A stretch of 43,805 nucleotides of DNA from Euryarchaeota archaeon UBA173 (lineage in GTDB: Archaea > Thermoplasmatota > Poseidoniia > Poseidoniales > Thalassarchaeaceae): positions 1-43,805 of the forward strand of contig DAJH01000040.1 of the NCBI GenBank assembly GCA_002498925.1. The letters are read 5' to 3'. A program made the translations under genes and the position numbers. The notes below the pieces were generated by a model that ran no database searches, was not told the DNA's origin, and saw only the letters and a list, made by a program, of their open reading frames with translations. How positions within the stretch are numbered: position 1 is the stretch's first letter; each line of letters starts with the position of its first letter. Positions 43,570 to 43,805 of the stretch are shown here, piece by piece.

Positions 43570-43805
43570 CAAGATGCTACAACCCGACTGGGGGATGGCT
43601 CGGCTCGAGAGCCGAAGAAGGTCGTGACAAGCTGCGATAAGTCGCGGGGAGAGGCATGAATCTCATGGATCCGCGAATTACCGAATTGGACCTCCTGGCA
43701 CTCAGTGCCATTCCTCTTTATTGTAGGAAAGGGAACCCCCCGAACTGAAGCATCTCAGTAGGGGGAGGAATAGAAATCAACAGAGATTCCGTTAGTAGTG
43801 GCGAA
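43570..43805 (+). rRNA. rrl: 23S (LSU) rRNA, 5' end of domain I, truncated by the window edge
   Basis: GGGGGATGGCTCGGCTCGAGAGCCGAAGAAGGTCGTGACAAGCTGCGATAAGTCGCGGGGAGAGGCATGAATC...CGCGAATTACCGAATTGGACC...GAACTGAAGCATCTCAGTAGGGGGAGGAATAGAAATCAACAGAGATTCCGTTAGTAGTGGCGA is collinear with the universally conserved 5' 23S blocks (compare E. coli GGTGGATGCCCTGGCAGTCAGAGGCGATGAAGGACGTGCTAATCTGCGATAAG...GAACTGAAACATCTAAGTA...GAAATCAACCGAGATTCCCCCAGTAGCGGCGA). The mature 5' end is estimated to about +/-15 nt by comparison with the haloarchaeal 23S start. Confidence 0.9.

Noticed and set aside
1-43805. Search for CRISPR arrays, transposases or integrases, IS termini, prophage genes, toxin-antitoxin pairs and tRNA genes
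   Set aside because: I found no direct-repeat/spacer periodicity, no DDE/HUH or tyrosine/serine recombinase motifs and no cloverleaf-compatible sequence. The non-coding gaps are short and largely accounted for. The window looks like core chromosome plus surface-protein genes and not like a mobile island.

Overview
The window reads as a compact archaeal chromosomal segment of about 50% GC. The archaeal assignment rests on these markers: RNase P protein Rpp21, archaeal/eukaryal-type S15, archaeosine synthase, type II GAPDH, archaeal PheRS beta and GluRS, and a 23S rRNA 5' end with the archaeal GGATGGCTCGGCTCG signature. My inference, not proven, is a planktonic Thermoplasmatota lineage of the Marine Group II/Poseidoniales kind.

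Two gene classes are interleaved.

(1) Housekeeping genes: dnaJ, arcS, rps15, gltX, rnhB, pheT, gap, adk, rpp21, yhbY-like and the start of 23S rRNA.

(2) Six very large exported or membrane-anchored proteins of 1429, 1914, 724, 669, 715 and 1596 aa. Together they occupy 21,159 nt, about 48% of the window. Their ectodomains contain beta-helix, Ig/cadherin-like, thrombospondin-type-3 calcium-binding, Reg_prop-like beta-propeller, PPC-like, CARDB-like and subtilase modules.

The loci that most deserve a second look:
- a wHTH-STAND(NB-ARC-like)-TPR NTPase sitting between two giant surface-protein genes, tail-to-tail with an MBL-fold hydrolase
- a pyroglutamyl-peptidase/MutT fusion
- an Rpp21 gene absent from the ORF track because it has no ATG/GTG/TTG start and lies in frame directly behind the adk TGA stop
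- a zinc-ribbon protein with 16-residue FGL tandem repeats
- a probably catalytically dead DHH (RecJ/GAN/Cdc45-like) protein behind rps15
- a Trp-rich cytoplasmic tail motif shared by two giant surface proteins
- a 23S rRNA gene with no 16S gene or tRNA upstream

I recognised no CRISPR array, transposase or integrase, or tRNA gene. All functional calls come from motif recognition by eye. No database search was run.
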